Shown: positions 18,796 to 28,468 of the stretch, piece by piece
How positions within the stretch are numbered: the stretch's first letter is position 1
Layout of the letters: the number at the start of each line of letters is the position of its first letter
NCBI GenBank assembly: GCA_964444085.1
Contig: CAYUGC010000001.1
Location: 9,857 to 73,856, forward strand
From: an uncultured Bifidobacteriaceae bacterium
Lineage (GTDB): Bacteria > Verrucomicrobiota > Verrucomicrobiia > Limisphaerales > UBA11358
Length of the DNA: 64,000 nucleotides
Direction of reading: 5' to 3'
Notes under the pieces: model-generated
Seen by the model: the letters and a program-made list of their open reading frames with translations, nothing else
Databases searched by the model: none
What the model was told of the DNA's origin: nothing
Position numbers and translations under genes: made by a program

Positions 18796-19727
18796 GCATT
18801 CAAGCCCCCTTCGGTTTCGTTACCGGTTGCCATGCCGGCGACAAGTTCATGGTTCAGGCCACATTGGCGAGTATCAAATATTTTTGTCCGGGCGTGCCGA
18901 TCTGCCTCGTGGTGGATGGAATCTTTGATGTAGAAGATTTAGTGCGTGAATACGGCGTGATCGTCCTGCGCGTGCCCGACCTGCCTTCGGCGGAAATGCG
19001 CCGGCTCATCGGTAGTAACTACCGCGCCAAGCTTGCGGCGATGTGGAAGGGGCCGTTTGAATTTTTTGTGTGGCTGGACTCGGACGCGATCGTGTGGGGC
19101 GACTTCACCGCGCAAATCCGCCGCGATTTGGATTTTCAAATTTTGTGGAGCGAGATTTCCGTCCCGGCCAGCGCCACGGAAATTCCCGCGTGGCTGCCGC
19201 ACTTTTATTTCGACCCGGAAAAATTGCGACCGTTCGACGCCGGCTTCGACTGGCGCGGGCGGGCTTATTTTTGCACCGGCACCTTTGCCTGTCGGCGCAA
19301 CGCCATTCCGTTTTCCGAGTGGGCGAAGCTCGAAGCGTGGGGCCAGCAGATGCCGGGGCTTTTCGCATGGGGCGAAATGGGCATGCTGAACTACGCCGTC
19401 CATTCGCTGACGCAGCGCGGCCAGATCAAATCCGGTATGGCTGATTTGCAGCACATCTGGGGGCACCATGGTACGGCGGAACTGGCGCGCGACTGCGCCG
19501 GCGCCGGCTGGCGTTTCCCCAAAAATATTTCCCGCCCGCGAGTCGCGCACTTTTGCGGACGCAAGCCGTTCCTGTTTGATCGCGGCGCCTATTCGCAACC
19601 GTTCACCATCGCCCGGCTGGCGCACCACCGCCGGCACCACGGTGAATTCGTCGCGTGGCTGGCCATCCTCAACGAAGACCGCCGGGTGCTGTCCGGCAAG
19701 CTGAAGAAACGGATATTCGGAAAATAA
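18792..19727 (+). CDS. Putative nucleotide-diphospho-sugar transferase (GT-A-like)
   Basis: GTGA overlap with the upstream gene. DxD-like FVWLDSDAIVWGDF. No closer family recognised. Confidence 0.4.
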   Translation: MSIQAPFGFVTGCHAGDKFMVQATLASIKYFCPGVPICLVVDGIFDVEDLVREYGVIVLRVPDLPSAEMRRLIGSNYRAKLAAMWKGPFEFFVWLDSDAIVWGDFTAQIRRDLDFQILWSEISVPASATEIPAWLPHFYFDPEKLRPFDAGFDWRGRAYFCTGTFACRRNAIPFSEWAKLEAWGQQMPGLFAWGEMGMLNYAVHSLTQRGQIKSGMADLQHIWGHHGTAELARDCAGAGWRFPKNISRPRVAHFCGRKPFLFDRGAYSQPFTIARLAHHRRHHGEFVAWLAILNEDRRVLSGKLKKRIFGK

Positions 19728-19737
19728 TTTTTGTTTC

Positions 19738-20604
19738 ATGGGCGAAAACAATTTCCAACCAATCGCGCCGCTGCTGGCCTTTTTGATTCCCGTCGCCCCG
19801 CGCCGCGCGAAGTTCAAATGGGAGCTCGCCTGCCGGCTGCTGCACCAGACCCTCAAGTCCATCCAAAACTCGGCGGACGGAAATTTCTGCGTGGTGGTGG
19901 TCGGCAACGAGCCGCCGGATTTCGATGTGGCGCTGGACTCGCGATTTTGTTTCGTGTCCGTGCCGCCGCCACCGGCACATCCGCCGCCGGCCATCGCGGG
20001 CGTGCTGGACAAGCTGGCGAAAATCACCGCCGCTTGGAATCACACGAAGGCGAAGTGGAACCCGCGTTATGTGATGAAGCTGGACGCGGACGATCTCATT
20101 AGCTCCAAGCTGGTGGGATGGCTCGCCCAAAACAGCGGCGCGCCCGGCTACCTCATTTCGCAGGGCTGGCTGTGGCGGATGAACCTGCGCCCGGTTCTCC
20201 AGCGCACGGAGACTCTGGACCGCATCTGCGGTTCCTGCCTCATTTCCCGCAGCGACCTGGTGGAAAAAACGGGGCCGTTCCGCACGGAAACCGAGGGCGT
20301 GGTGTTGAGCGAGGCGAACGCAAACTTTGCCAAGGCCGACCAGTATTCGCTCATTCCCGGCTCGGCCACCAGCACGCTGCTGGCGAACGATAGCCATCAG
20401 CGTTACGCGGCGCAGTTCGCCTATCTCGGCCACCAGCTGACCGCCGTGCCGTTTCCCGCCGTGGTTTACCGGATGGGCAACGCAGACAGCATCAGCGGCG
20501 CGAAGTGGCACATCCACTCGTTGCGGATGCTGCTCGGCGCCGTGCGCCGGATGCGGCCCATCACGCCCGGCGTGCGCCGGGAATTCATGCTGGAAGCCCG
20601 ATAA
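19738..20604 (+). CDS. Putative GT-A fold glycosyltransferase (GT2-like)
   Basis: LAFLIPVAPR...FCVVVVGNEPP. DxD in YVMKLDADDLI. Confidence 0.5.
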   Translation: MGENNFQPIAPLLAFLIPVAPRRAKFKWELACRLLHQTLKSIQNSADGNFCVVVVGNEPPDFDVALDSRFCFVSVPPPPAHPPPAIAGVLDKLAKITAAWNHTKAKWNPRYVMKLDADDLISSKLVGWLAQNSGAPGYLISQGWLWRMNLRPVLQRTETLDRICGSCLISRSDLVEKTGPFRTETEGVVLSEANANFAKADQYSLIPGSATSTLLANDSHQRYAAQFAYLGHQLTAVPFPAVVYRMGNADSISGAKWHIHSLRMLLGAVRRMRPITPGVRREFMLEAR

Positions 20605-20612
20605 ATCACACT

Positions 20613-21368
20613 ATGAAATCAGATTCCGCCTCCCGGATTTTAAGAAACCTCAAACGGCTGCGAATGCTTTTCTTCGGCGGGCGGACGCCGCGCGCCGCGC
20701 TGGAAGAAATGCGGGCGATGCGCGTGAGTTATTCGCAGTTCGGCGAGGATCTCGTGGTACACAACCACTTTGGCTACCTGGGCCGCACCAGCGGACGGTT
20801 CATTGATGTCGGCGCGTTTCATCCGTTCAAGCTGTCCAACACGAAGCTGTTGAGTTCATTCGGCTGGCACGGTGTCAACATTGACTGCGACCCGGAAAAA
20901 ATTGCGCGCTTTGAAATACAGCGCCCGCATGACTACAACGTCTGCGCCGCCGTGTCGAACACCGTCGAGGAAATGATCTGGCTGCATTATGCGGAAGGCA
21001 CCACCGACCGCCTCGCGCCACGTGACGAACAAAACCTGGTCTCGGTCCAGGGCGAGCAGCCGTTGAAAAGCACGCCCGTCAAATCCATGACACTGACGCA
21101 GATTCTGGACGCGTCGCCGTTTCGCGGAGAACATTTTCAATACCTGAACATTGACTGCGAAGGCCATGACCTTGCGGTGTTGCAGGGGCTGGATTTCCGC
21201 CGTTATGCGCCCGAGCTCATCACCATTGAAGCCTTGAGCGAAACTGCCCGCGCCAACCTGAGCGATTTTCTTGAACCGCTCGGTTACCGGCTGACCGACA
21301 GTGTGCGGCTGACGTTGTTCTTCAAAAAATGCGCGGCGGAAAACACCGCCGGCGCTCTCTCGGTCTGA
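20613..21368 (+). CDS. FkbM family methyltransferase
   Basis: FIDVGAFHPF (SAM motif). NIDCEGHDLAVLQGLDF, characteristic of FkbM-type enzymes. Confidence 0.75.
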   Translation: MKSDSASRILRNLKRLRMLFFGGRTPRAALEEMRAMRVSYSQFGEDLVVHNHFGYLGRTSGRFIDVGAFHPFKLSNTKLLSSFGWHGVNIDCDPEKIARFEIQRPHDYNVCAAVSNTVEEMIWLHYAEGTTDRLAPRDEQNLVSVQGEQPLKSTPVKSMTLTQILDASPFRGEHFQYLNIDCEGHDLAVLQGLDFRRYAPELITIEALSETARANLSDFLEPLGYRLTDSVRLTLFFKKCAAENTAGALSV

Positions 21369-21376
21369 ATTTTCGC

Positions 21377-22234
21377 ATGACTTTTTCGGTGATGATCACC
21401 ACTCGGAACCGCGCGGCGGACTTGCGCCGCACGCTCGCGGTGTTGCGCACTTTGCAGCCCGCACCGCTGGAAACTTTGATCACAGCCGACGGCTGCACGG
21501 ATGATACGGTGGAAACGGTGCGCCGCGAAATGCCGGGGGCAAATCTCATCGTGAACGAAATCGGGCGCGGTTCGGTGGCCTCGCGCGACCGCATGATGCG
21601 CGCAGCACGCGGCGATTTGGTGCTGGCGCTGGACGATGACAGTCATCCCGAACAGTCGGACTGCCTCGCGCGCATCGCGCCGCTGTTCGAGCAAAATCCC
21701 AAGCTGGCCATCGCGCATTTTCCGCAGCGGACGGACGAATATCCGGCGACGCTGACGCAGACGGATTTCGGGCCGGCACGGCTGACGCGGTCGTTTGCCA
21801 ATTCCGGCGCGGTGCTGCTGCGCGCGGTTTATATGGCGTTGCCGGGTTTTCCGCCGGAATTTTTCCATATGTATGAGGAGCCGGATTATGGCCTGCAATG
21901 CGTGGGCGCGGGTTACGAGGTGCTTTACTCGCCGGTCATCACGATTCGGCATCATTATTCCGGTCAGACGCGGAGCGAATTGCGCAATCATCACCGACAT
22001 TCGCGGAATGAATTTTGGAGCGTGCTGTTGCGCTGTCCGTTTCCGCAATGTGTCGGGCTGGTTTTTTACCGGATATTTTCGCAACTCCGTTATGCTGGCA
22101 AACGCGGGCCAGGCTGGATTGTCCGCGAACCAGTTTGGTGGTGGCAGGCGCTGGCGGGCGTGCCGTTTTGCCTGCGTCAACGCCGGGCGGTTCCTTGGGC
22201 GCGCTACCGGAGTTGGCTCCGGCTGCCGGGATAA
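21377..22234 (+). CDS. Glycosyltransferase family 2
   Basis: FSVMITTRNRAADL. ADGCTDDT. LVLALDDDSHPE. Confidence 0.75.
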   Translation: MTFSVMITTRNRAADLRRTLAVLRTLQPAPLETLITADGCTDDTVETVRREMPGANLIVNEIGRGSVASRDRMMRAARGDLVLALDDDSHPEQSDCLARIAPLFEQNPKLAIAHFPQRTDEYPATLTQTDFGPARLTRSFANSGAVLLRAVYMALPGFPPEFFHMYEEPDYGLQCVGAGYEVLYSPVITIRHHYSGQTRSELRNHHRHSRNEFWSVLLRCPFPQCVGLVFYRIFSQLRYAGKRGPGWIVREPVWWWQALAGVPFCLRQRRAVPWARYRSWLRLPG

Positions 22235-22286
22235 TTGTTTGGCGCGAAGTTTGCTAAAAATTAAGTTGGACGTATGTTCCTGAATT

Positions 22287-24317
22287 ATGAAAACCCAGAA
22301 ACCGCTTAAACGAGGCCGGCTCCAGAAAGCTGGCGGACGCTGGTTTTGCCAAGGTTATATGCTGGCTGGCTTGGTCTTGGCTGGGCTGGGCGTTTCGGTT
22401 CGGGCGCAGACTTCGGCCAACGTCACAGATTTTGGCGCGGTGGGCGATGCTGTCCAGTTTTACGTCAACACCACGGCTAAATCATCCATGGTAACGACGA
22501 CTAACCAGTTTTCCAGCGCCGACATCGGCAAGACAATTGAAGTCTTCAAGGTCGGCGTGCAGACCGTCGGTATCAATTCTTACGGCATCAATTCGACCAA
22601 CCGCCTCGACCTCATCGCGACGATCACCAACGTGGTCAGCGGGACGAATCTTTACCTTTCCGTGCCACCGCAGGCGACCTTGCAAAACACCTTTGCTACC
22701 TGTGGCACCGACAACACGTCGGCCATCCGCAAGGCCATCGCCGCTGCCGGCTTGGACGCGACGATTAATTTTCCCGACGGCGTGTTTCTGTGCATGCCGA
22801 CGTTTCACAGCGGAGCCGACGGCTACACGCTGGCGGCGATTTGTCTGAATCGCGGCGGGCTGCATTTTGTCGGCACCGGCAACACCACGCTGCTTTCGCG
22901 CGGGGCTTTTCGCCCGGAGGATTTCTCGGCCTATGGCTGGGGCACGCATCCGTATCGCGGTTATTTGTTCCAAGTCGTCGCGCCGGTCACGAATGATTTA
23001 CCGATCATCGTGGAAAACCTGACGCTCGACGGCGGCCTGCAGCAGGGCAATCTTGATGTCCATGGCATTTACGTAAACGAGATTGACGGCCTCGGTTGGG
23101 ACGTGGGCCATTGCGCGTGGTTGTGCTACGACACCAGCGGTGGCAACACGGAGACCGCGACACACCAGATGTTCACCAACATTGTCGTTCAGCACTGGCG
23201 CGGCGAGATGTTCAAGTCCATTGACCAGAATCGAAACGGCAACATCAGCATCCACAACTCGGTTTTCCGCGACGGCGCCGCGACGGCGCTGAACATCTAT
23301 GGCTCGTGGGACGTGACCAGCAACCGTTTTGAAAACCTGTTCCAAGTCGCGGAATACTTTCAGGCCTACTACACGAACACCTCGTATTTCCAAAACAACT
23401 TCGTCACCAACATCACCGGCAACGGCTGGGCGTGGAACGGCGGCGTGTGGACGGCACCGCCCTTCATCATGCGGGGCAATACATTTTTTTTTACCGGTGT
23501 TGGCCAAAACGGCATCCAGACGATGCCGGCCGCCAACATCAGCGTTTTGAACAATGAAATCCACTGCGCCGATTATATGAGCGTCTTCAATCTCGGCGCG
23601 ACCGGCGCCCAGGGCAGCGTGATGAACAGCAACATCCTCATCGCGGGCAATTCAATCTATGCGCCCGCCAAGCTGTCGGCAGTGTTCGGGTTTGGCGGCA
23701 GCGGCATCAACGGCGTCAGCGGCCTGACGATCTGCAATAACCATGTCTCCGTGCCGCAGCAGATTTTCAATGTTGTCAACGCCGGCCCGCAGCAAATCAA
23801 CGTCAGCTACTCTAACAACGTGATTGATTGCCCGGCTTCCGCATTTCAAACCGGCGCGCCGGGCGCTAACAATTCCCCCTTCGTGTTGGTTCCGGCCAAC
23901 AGCCCCTACACCGCCCAACCGCTCTATCATAGCAGCGTCCGGACCAACCTCATTTCCTACGCCGGCGGGCCGAAACAGCGTCTGGATTATGTTCCCACTG
24001 GCGACATATTTGTTCTCGACGATTCCACGGCCAGTCAGATTCCAGCCGGTGCCTATTTGGAATTCGATAACCGCACTAACCGCTGGGCAACCTACAACGG
24101 CGGCACTGGCGGCGATGTAATCGTGATTCCGTCGGTGAACCCGGTCAGCCCAATCCCCGTCGCCAGCGGCCAGCTCGTGACGTTCTATTGGAACGGCACC
24201 GCATGGACGACCAACACAGCTGCCATTGTGCCGCCCAATGGCGGCACCATCACCATCACCAATCCGCCTGCCACGCCCGTGCACACACCGCCGCCCGGTT
24301 TCCACGTCGTCCATTGA
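22287..24317 (+). CDS. Secreted right-handed parallel beta-helix protein (pectate-lyase superfamily-like)
   Basis: Signal-like N-terminus. NVTDFGAVGDA start typical of this superfamily. Many N/G/I/V-rich coil repeats (NNHVS, SNNVIDC, GNSIYA). Pro-rich C-terminus. Confidence 0.6.
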   Translation: MKTQKPLKRGRLQKAGGRWFCQGYMLAGLVLAGLGVSVRAQTSANVTDFGAVGDAVQFYVNTTAKSSMVTTTNQFSSADIGKTIEVFKVGVQTVGINSYGINSTNRLDLIATITNVVSGTNLYLSVPPQATLQNTFATCGTDNTSAIRKAIAAAGLDATINFPDGVFLCMPTFHSGADGYTLAAICLNRGGLHFVGTGNTTLLSRGAFRPEDFSAYGWGTHPYRGYLFQVVAPVTNDLPIIVENLTLDGGLQQGNLDVHGIYVNEIDGLGWDVGHCAWLCYDTSGGNTETATHQMFTNIVVQHWRGEMFKSIDQNRNGNISIHNSVFRDGAATALNIYGSWDVTSNRFENLFQVAEYFQAYYTNTSYFQNNFVTNITGNGWAWNGGVWTAPPFIMRGNTFFFTGVGQNGIQTMPAANISVLNNEIHCADYMSVFNLGATGAQGSVMNSNILIAGNSIYAPAKLSAVFGFGGSGINGVSGLTICNNHVSVPQQIFNVVNAGPQQINVSYSNNVIDCPASAFQTGAPGANNSPFVLVPANSPYTAQPLYHSSVRTNLISYAGGPKQRLDYVPTGDIFVLDDSTASQIPAGAYLEFDNRTNRWATYNGGTGGDVIVIPSVNPVSPIPVASGQLVTFYWNGTAWTTNTAAIVPPNGGTITITNPPATPVHTPPPGFHVVH

Positions 24318-24375
24318 AGCCGCCCGGTTGCGTGGTAAAAAATTCCCGGTCTTGCGCCAGCGGTGGCGGAAAGCC

Positions 24376-25617
24376 ATGACTTCCCCCTCAATCAAATTGC
24401 CTTCGTGGATTTGCAGCCAGATTGGCGCCCGCGAGCACTTCGCCATCCCGCGCGCATTGCATCTAAACGGCCAGCTCGCCGCGCTCTGCACGGATTTTTG
24501 GGCCGGCCCGGTGACGCGCAAACTGGCTGCCGGCAAGCTGCGCCCGCTCGCCGCGCGGTTTCATCCCGATTTGACGCGGCAATCAGGACTTGTCCATTCA
24601 TGGAACTTGCGTTCGCTCGGCTGGGAATTTCTCCTGCGCCGGAAATTTGCCGGCGAGCCGTATCTTGGTTTTATCGAGGTCGGGAAAAGATTTTCCACTA
24701 GCGTGCGCGAATATTTGAAACGCCGGACGGACTTGAATGGCCGTTCCCTTTTCTTTGCCTACGACACCGGCGCATTGGAATCGCTCGCGTGGTGCCGCGC
24801 ACAAAAAATCAAATGCGTCCTGAACCAGATGGATCCGAATCGCGTGGAAGTGGACCTGGTGCGCGCGGAGGAAACAAACTGGCCCGGCTGGTCCCTGCGC
24901 CGCCTGCAGGTGCCGGAGGAGTATTTCGCCCGGCGCGAACAGGAGTGGTCACTGGCCGACCGCATCGTCGTGAACTCGGAATTCTCCCGGCAGGCTTTGC
25001 TCCAGCAGGGCGTGCCCGCCGAAAAGCTGGTCGTCATCCCGCTGTGCTTTGAAACCGGCGAAGCCAATTGTGAATCCGAAATCGTAAATCATAAATCAGA
25101 CGCTCCGCTGCGCGTGCTGTTTCTCGGCCAGGTGATTTTGCGCAAGGGCATCCAGTATCTGCTCGCCGCCGCGCGGCAACTGGAAAAGGAAAACATCCAT
25201 TTCGATGTCGTCGGGCCGGTTGGAATTTCGCAGGCGGCCATCTCATCCGCGTCCGGCAACGTAACGTTTCACGGCCGCACCAGCCGTGATCAGGCAGCGG
25301 ATTGGTATCGGCAGGCGGACGTGTTTGTCCTGCCGACACTCTCGGACGGCTTTGCTCTCACGCAACTGGAGGCGATGGCACACGGCCTGCCGGTCGTCGC
25401 CACGCCGAACTGCGGCGCGGTCGTCACCGACGGCGCGGACGGCTTCCTCGTCCCGCCGCGCGATGCGGATGCGCTGGCGCAAACTTTTAGGCGCTACCTC
25501 ACGCAGCCGGAACTGCTGCCGGCGCAGGCGGCAGCGGCGCGGGGAAAATCCCGCCAGTTCACGCTGAACCGGCTGGCGGAAAACCTGGCGCAACTGGAGG
25601 CTGATTTGCGGAAGTGA
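24376..25617 (+). CDS. Glycosyltransferase family 4, with a repeat-encoded linker insertion
   Basis: C-terminal domain LRVLFLGQVILRKG...VFVLPTLSDGFALTQLEAMAHGLPVV. The inter-domain linker ANCESEIVNHKSDA is encoded by a heptamer array at 25073-25100. Confidence 0.75.
   Translation: MTSPSIKLPSWICSQIGAREHFAIPRALHLNGQLAALCTDFWAGPVTRKLAAGKLRPLAARFHPDLTRQSGLVHSWNLRSLGWEFLLRRKFAGEPYLGFIEVGKRFSTSVREYLKRRTDLNGRSLFFAYDTGALESLAWCRAQKIKCVLNQMDPNRVEVDLVRAEETNWPGWSLRRLQVPEEYFARREQEWSLADRIVVNSEFSRQALLQQGVPAEKLVVIPLCFETGEANCESEIVNHKSDAPLRVLFLGQVILRKGIQYLLAAARQLEKENIHFDVVGPVGISQAAISSASGNVTFHGRTSRDQAADWYRQADVFVLPTLSDGFALTQLEAMAHGLPVVATPNCGAVVTDGADGFLVPPRDADALAQTFRRYLTQPELLPAQAAAARGKSRQFTLNRLAENLAQLEADLRK
25073..25100 (+). 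repeat. Intragenic AATC-phased heptamer array (4 units)
   Basis: aatccga aatcgta aatcata aatcaga, in frame inside the GT4 gene. Its units match the hairpin arms at 62114-62185. Confidence 0.7.
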
Positions 25618-25683
25618 TTTTTCCGCGCCATTCGCCAGTTGTCTTTGGCCGTTCAACCCCGATAATCTTCTGGCTCGGAACTT

Positions 25684-27192
25684 GTGCTGAACCTGTTGTT
25701 CATATTTCCCTTTTCGTTTTGGGTCGTGATCGCGCTGCTGACCGGCGGCGGCATCGCGGCGTTCCGGCGCATCCACGACGCCACTAGCATCCCGCTACTG
25801 GCGGTGCTGGGCACGACCGCCGCCTGGTATGTCGGCGACGCGTTCTATAATGACTACGCGAACAACCACGCCAAAATATTTACGCCGGAGACCCTGTCCG
25901 GCGCGTGGTGGCAGGTGGCGTGGTTCATCCTCGTGATTCTGCTGACGGTGCGGCCGCTGCACGAAAGAATCAATGGCCCGCTGGCCGCGCGGCCCAGCGG
26001 CGTGATGCAGTTGTTCCAGCACGGCGTCGGTTTTCCGGAAATCCAAAAGCAGCTAAACATCCTGTTCACCGGCTGCGCGGCGGTGTGGCTTATCCTGTTG
26101 GTGATCGCACTGATCCTTCTGAAGGCCGAAATTCCCTATTACCTTTTCCCGTTCCTCGGCTATAAGGCGAACCCCTGGTCGCACGGGCGCATCGGCTCCG
26201 GCTTCGACGCGTTTTCCATCATCGCCGTCTATCTGCAACTGCTGACAACCTCGATGTTTGGCGTGGTTGCCGCGCTGGCGACCACGCCGCGCGTCCGGCG
26301 GCTCGCGTTGCTGTTCGTGCTGCTGTCGTGGCCGGCGTTCGTCTTCGACCGCACGCGCAACACGATGCTGGCGATGGCGGTGCCGGCGGTGTTGAGTTGG
26401 GTGTTCCTACGGCTGCGCGGCGGGATGTGGAAAAAAGTCCTCGTGCTGCTTGCGTGCTTCGTCGTGGTTAACACCTGGATGAAGTTCGTCATCGCCAACC
26501 GCTCCTCGATGAGCATTACCGACGCGTTTCACAACAAAGGTCTAAATCTCGCCGCCCAGGAAAAAGTCCACAACGAGGGTTTGAACATGTTTGAGGAATT
26601 GTGCTGGGTCAGCACGTTCATTGACAACGGCCAATACCAAATCAACTGGGGACAGCGCTATTTTGCCGAACTGGTGAACCCGATTCCGCGCGGCCTCTGG
26701 CACGGCAAGCCGCTCATCGGCCTCGACTACGCCATGGCGCGCGGCCACGGCGACGCCAACGACACGCACGGCGGCGTCAATACCACCATCTCCACCGGCT
26801 TTATCGGCCAGGGCGTCGTGAACTTTGGCCGCGTGCTTGGCCCGGCGGCAGCGTCCATTTTGATGAGTCTCTGGATCGTCTGGCTCGCGCGGCTGGACTT
26901 GACGGTGCATCAGCTCGGCCGGCTGCCGCTTTACAGCCTCGGCCTCATCCTGACTTTCAACCTGGGTCGCGACATCACACTCATCACCTTGTATCCATTC
27001 GTGTTTGGCGCGCTGGCCATCTGGTTTCTGGAACATTATCAACTCATCAAGACGTCGCCGGAAACCAGCGTCACAGTGTCCTCGCCAACGCAAAAAAGTG
27101 CCCGCACAGCCGCTGCCGGAAAAATGCCCTTTGCCCGGCGCGCGACCGGCGGCTTTGTCCGGCGCGACAATTTTCAACGCCCGCCGAATTGA
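25684..27192 (+). CDS. Putative O-antigen/EPS polymerase (Wzy-like) polytopic membrane protein
   Basis: About 10-12 hydrophobic segments with a large loop in the C-terminal third. GTG start. Lies in a Wzc/Wza context. No sequence motif is diagnostic. Confidence 0.5.
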   Translation: MLNLLFIFPFSFWVVIALLTGGGIAAFRRIHDATSIPLLAVLGTTAAWYVGDAFYNDYANNHAKIFTPETLSGAWWQVAWFILVILLTVRPLHERINGPLAARPSGVMQLFQHGVGFPEIQKQLNILFTGCAAVWLILLVIALILLKAEIPYYLFPFLGYKANPWSHGRIGSGFDAFSIIAVYLQLLTTSMFGVVAALATTPRVRRLALLFVLLSWPAFVFDRTRNTMLAMAVPAVLSWVFLRLRGGMWKKVLVLLACFVVVNTWMKFVIANRSSMSITDAFHNKGLNLAAQEKVHNEGLNMFEELCWVSTFIDNGQYQINWGQRYFAELVNPIPRGLWHGKPLIGLDYAMARGHGDANDTHGGVNTTISTGFIGQGVVNFGRVLGPAAASILMSLWIVWLARLDLTVHQLGRLPLYSLGLILTFNLGRDITLITLYPFVFGALAIWFLEHYQLIKTSPETSVTVSSPTQKSARTAAAGKMPFARRATGGFVRRDNFQRPPN

Positions 27193-27208
27193 TCCGAAAT
27201 AATCCAAC

Positions 27209-28444
27209 GTGCAAAATTCCCCCAACAATTTTTCCCTGCCCAAGGACACGCGCGTCGCCGTGTTGTTCCAGCGCTTCGGTCCGTATCACCACGCGCGGCT
27301 CAACGCCGCCGGGCGGTTGATGTCCGTCTGCGGCATCGAGGCGTGTGGCATGGAAAATACCTACGCCTGGGACAAGGTCGAGGGCGCGGCGGCGTTCACG
27401 CGCGTCACGCTCACCGAGCGCGAGACCGACACATGCGAGTGGCGGCAGGAGTTGCGCCGGAAAACGTGGCAGGCACTGGATGAATTAAAACCGCAGGTCG
27501 TCGCCGTCCCCGGCTGGTCGTTCGTGGATGCGTTGAGTGCGCTCGAATGGTGCGCGGCCAGCCACACGCCGGCGGTGGTCATGTCCGAAAGCACCGCGTG
27601 GGACGAGCGCCGCACGTTTTGGAAGGAGTGGATCAAGACGCGGCTGGTGAAGATGAATTCCGCCGGGCTGGCCGGCGGCACGCCACACGAAAAATATCTC
27701 GTCCAGCTCGGCCTCGAACCGGAGCGCGTCTTTTCCGGCTACGATGTCGTGGACAACGATTATTTCCGGCAACAGACCGACGCCGCCCGCGCCGACGCGC
27801 CAAACCTGCGGCAAAAATTTGGTCTGCCGGAAAAATATTTTCTGGCGAGCGCGCGGTTCGTCGGGAAGAAAAACCTGCTCTGCCTGCTGCAAGCCTACGC
27901 GCGTTACCGTGAACTGGCGCAAAGCAAAAACGACCGCTGGTCGTTCGTTTTGCTCGGCGACGGCCCGCTCAAGCCGGACCTGAAGCAATTGGTTGCCGAT
28001 TTGAAACTGGACGGCTGTGTCCAGATGCCCGGCTTCAAGCAATACCACGAACTGCCGGTTTATTTCGGCCTTGCCGGCGCATTCGTCCACGCCAGCACGA
28101 CCGAGCAGTGGGGTCTCGTCGTCAACGAGGCGATGGCTTCCGGCCTGCCAGTGCTGGTGTCCAACCGCTGCGGTTGTGCGGCGGATCTGGTTTCGGCGGG
28201 CGTCAACGGCTTCCAATTTGACCCCGGGAAAACCGATGAACTCGCGGAACTGCTCCGCAAAATTTCCGCGCCAGATTTTCCGCTCGCCAATTTCCGCGCG
28301 GCCAGCCGCAAAATTGTCTCCGTGTGGGGGCCGGAGCGTTTCGCCACCGGCCTGCGCGACGCCGTGGCCGTCGCCCTGAAATACCCGCACCCGCGCCTTG
28401 GCTGGCTCGACCGCGCGCTGCTGCGTTTGATGCTGCGCCGGTGA
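27209..28444 (+). CDS. Glycosyltransferase family 4
   Basis: FLASARFVGKKN. AFVHASTTEQWGLVVNEAMASGLPVLVS (E-x7-E region). Confidence 0.75.
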   Translation: MQNSPNNFSLPKDTRVAVLFQRFGPYHHARLNAAGRLMSVCGIEACGMENTYAWDKVEGAAAFTRVTLTERETDTCEWRQELRRKTWQALDELKPQVVAVPGWSFVDALSALEWCAASHTPAVVMSESTAWDERRTFWKEWIKTRLVKMNSAGLAGGTPHEKYLVQLGLEPERVFSGYDVVDNDYFRQQTDAARADAPNLRQKFGLPEKYFLASARFVGKKNLLCLLQAYARYRELAQSKNDRWSFVLLGDGPLKPDLKQLVADLKLDGCVQMPGFKQYHELPVYFGLAGAFVHASTTEQWGLVVNEAMASGLPVLVSNRCGCAADLVSAGVNGFQFDPGKTDELAELLRKISAPDFPLANFRAASRKIVSVWGPERFATGLRDAVAVALKYPHPRLGWLDRALLRLMLRR

Positions 28445-28468
28445 AGCGCGCCGATTTTCCATTTTGAA

